A stretch of 64,000 nt of DNA, taken from contig OZ249436.1 of assembly GCA_965235115.1 (NCBI GenBank), forward strand, positions 13,394,001 through 13,458,000, written 5' to 3'. The stretch comes from Laetmonice hystrix. Taxonomy: Eukaryota. Position 1 is the first letter of the stretch; the number at the start of each line of letters is the position of its first letter. This document shows positions 61,906 through 64,000 of the stretch, in pieces. Made by a program: the position numbers and the translations under genes. The notes under the pieces were generated by a model that ran no database searches, was not told where the DNA came from, and saw only the letters and a program-made list of their open reading frames with translations.

Positions 61906-62618
61906 TGATCTAGATTTTTATGACGTAAGTTAAACCTAAGTTATTTTTTGTTATGTAATGATTCTGTAATTAAATACAATGTACAACAAAATGTACTATA
62001 GTAAATTTATTATAGACTAAGAATTTTTGCCAACAAAAAAATGCTTCATCATAGGGCTTGATGAAAGTAATCAGTGACAAACTTGAATATGCAGAGGTAT
62101 ACTGGTACTAAGGAAGTACTTTCCACCAGAGAAAATGAAGTATCAGTACTGATCAAGACTGAAGGCAAGGTTTTTAATTTTATCAGGTGTAAAAGGTTCT
62201 TATTTTAAAAAACAGGTAAGAAGAGAGTGGGTAAAAAACCAACCAATCGAGTAAGACGTGAGATGGTTTGGAATTTTTAATGGGCTTATTTAGGTGGTCT
62301 AAATCTTCCAATTTGTTAACTATCTCATTTAAAAAGGTTGTTACGATCCTTGCCTTAGTCGAACTACATGCTGCCTTTTTATTACTTCAAAGCAAATATA
62401 GAATATAAATAACACAGCAAGCACTCTTCCCGAGCTACTAGTCAACAAAGGCTGTGTTGAATATTTAATGTATTAATTAAACTCTAAAGAAATTTTTCTC
62501 TGCCTTGCAACCAATTCTTATTTCCACATTCCGTGCCTAATAAGACCACAAGTAAATACAGGAGTGCCTTTTAATTGAGGTATGTATACATAGAACGTCT
62601 GAAATACCAGTGCCTCGA

Positions 62619-62779
62619 CATGTTAGATACATGCCAGTAAAACTACTGAGTGCAATATTGATTCAACTTGGCACAAAATACAGGCAGGAGATACAAGGCA
62701 TGTTAGATACATGCCAGTTCAAAACTACTGAGTGCAATATTGATTCAACTTGGCACAAAATATAGGCAGGAGATACAAG
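62619..62779. repeat. Tandem duplication of about 80 bp downstream of ANKRD40
   Basis: catgttagatacatgccag...ggcaggagatacaag occurs twice, nearly identical. Confidence 0.92.
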
Positions 62780-63329
62780 AATACCTTGGTTCGATGACAT
62801 TTTGATGTTCACAGGTTATGAGGTAAAGCATAAAGTAATGAAAAAGATTTGATTATTGTTCTTGTATATTTATATCATTTGTTACTACTGGAATCAAGAA
62901 TGCATCTTAGGCTTTTACAGAGGTGAAGCAGAATACCGCAGCGCCCTCTATTTGACACTGAGGTTGTTCCATTCATGACTGCAGGATGGCTCCGCGCTTT
63001 CTGTGCAGCAATAAATTGTGGGAATTGCGACCGAAGCTGGTCGGGTATGGTTTTTTTCTGATTTCCGTGTTTTTTTAAATACCAAATTTGTAATTATTTA
63101 GGTAGTTATGTTCGTGTCAACAGCCGCATCAAATCCCGTGCCTCTGCATTGAACTCAAGCTGCAGCATAGCTTTGTTTACATCTCCACCTCAGTCGTTCA
63201 TAGGGGGGCTTTGCGTTTTGAGATCACAAAAAATGACCTACTTGCATATCCTACAATCCACCATTCTTGCTTGAATGCTGAATTGCATTTAAACTTATAT
63301 GAAGTTGTTGTACTTAACAATGGGGAACA

Positions 63330-63677
63330 TGGTCGCCGCCTTTTCCGCATGGCGGCAGCACTGTGCAAGCGGTTCAGGAGGCGACATTTTAGCATAGAAT
63401 TAGATAGGCTGATATCTGCTAATCTGTGGCTGGTTGCCTTACCGACATTTGTTTTAAAAAGGTATGACAATTTTTAAACATCTTTCATTCACTTTAGTCC
63501 AAATGAGTTAATATTATTTAGTAATGATAAGGTTAGGTCATCCTACAGCACATTAGCATTTCGTCGTCCTATCTAACCTTATGCTAACGTACTGCAGCAA
63601 GGACTGCTTGCACAGTGCTGCCGCCTTGCGGATTTGACTTGAAATCCCCATTGCGCATGCGCCTAATGTACCCCATA
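63330..63677. mobile_element. Diverged copy of palindromic MITE family A
   Basis: ggcggcagcactgtgcaagc / gcttgcacagtgctgccgcc inverted arms; attagcatttcgtcgtcc shared with 11126-11150. Confidence 0.7.
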
Positions 63678-64000
63678 GGGGCTATTGGTTCTTTTTAAAT
63701 GGTTAGGCATAACGACTTTTGAAAAATGTGTCTAAAAGATACTGTGGGAGGCCAAAGGATATTTGTAATCACACTTGTTTGGTGGGTAATGGGGCATGCA
63801 GCAGAACCTGTCGTAGTGGTAAGGTTGTGGAGAGCATCTTGTTTGAGCCAAGGGGACCTAGTCATACCAGCACATGAATATATCCTTCTATATAATCATT
63901 CATGTGTCAGGAGTTTGACTTGGAGCTCATCAAACCTTTTTGCAGTGCATTTGTGGCCAAGACCTCATTACAGTAAAGAGCATTCTACTGCTGTTACAAC

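Noticed and set aside
63198..63477. Overlapping 88-90 aa ORFs on both strands
   Set aside because: They overlap an arm of palindromic MITE family A.

Overview
Animal (invertebrate-like, intron-rich) nuclear DNA, not prokaryotic. It contains four recognisable host genes: the first coding exon of a tweety/TTYH chloride-channel-family gene (minus strand, continuing off the left edge), a complete MKK3/6 p38 kinase-kinase gene (plus, several candidate first exons), a complete U2AF2/U2AF65 gene (minus) and a complete ANKRD40 gene (plus). These sit in a dense background of MITEs, foldback repeats and microsatellites. The strongest novel candidates are: (1) a young, structurally complete LTR element (735-bp near-identical LTRs, non-canonical TA...TA ends, tRNA-Ala-type PBS, PPT, 4-bp TSD) whose only cargo is an intact 374-aa ORF with no recognisable gag/pol motifs and six evenly spaced LC8-type QT motifs; (2) a fully in-frame, five-exon predicted chimeric gene joining a Mutator/ZSWIM3-type DNA-binding domain and an AT-hook to a duplicated ANKRD40 C-terminal domain; (3) an array of paralogous proline-rich microexons and a candidate poison exon in U2AF2; (4) a palindromic element with four CTCF-like motifs between the divergent tweety and MKK3/6 starts. 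All exon models are manual GT-AG/phase reconstructions with no transcript evidence. Family assignments come from recall of protein motifs, not from database searches.
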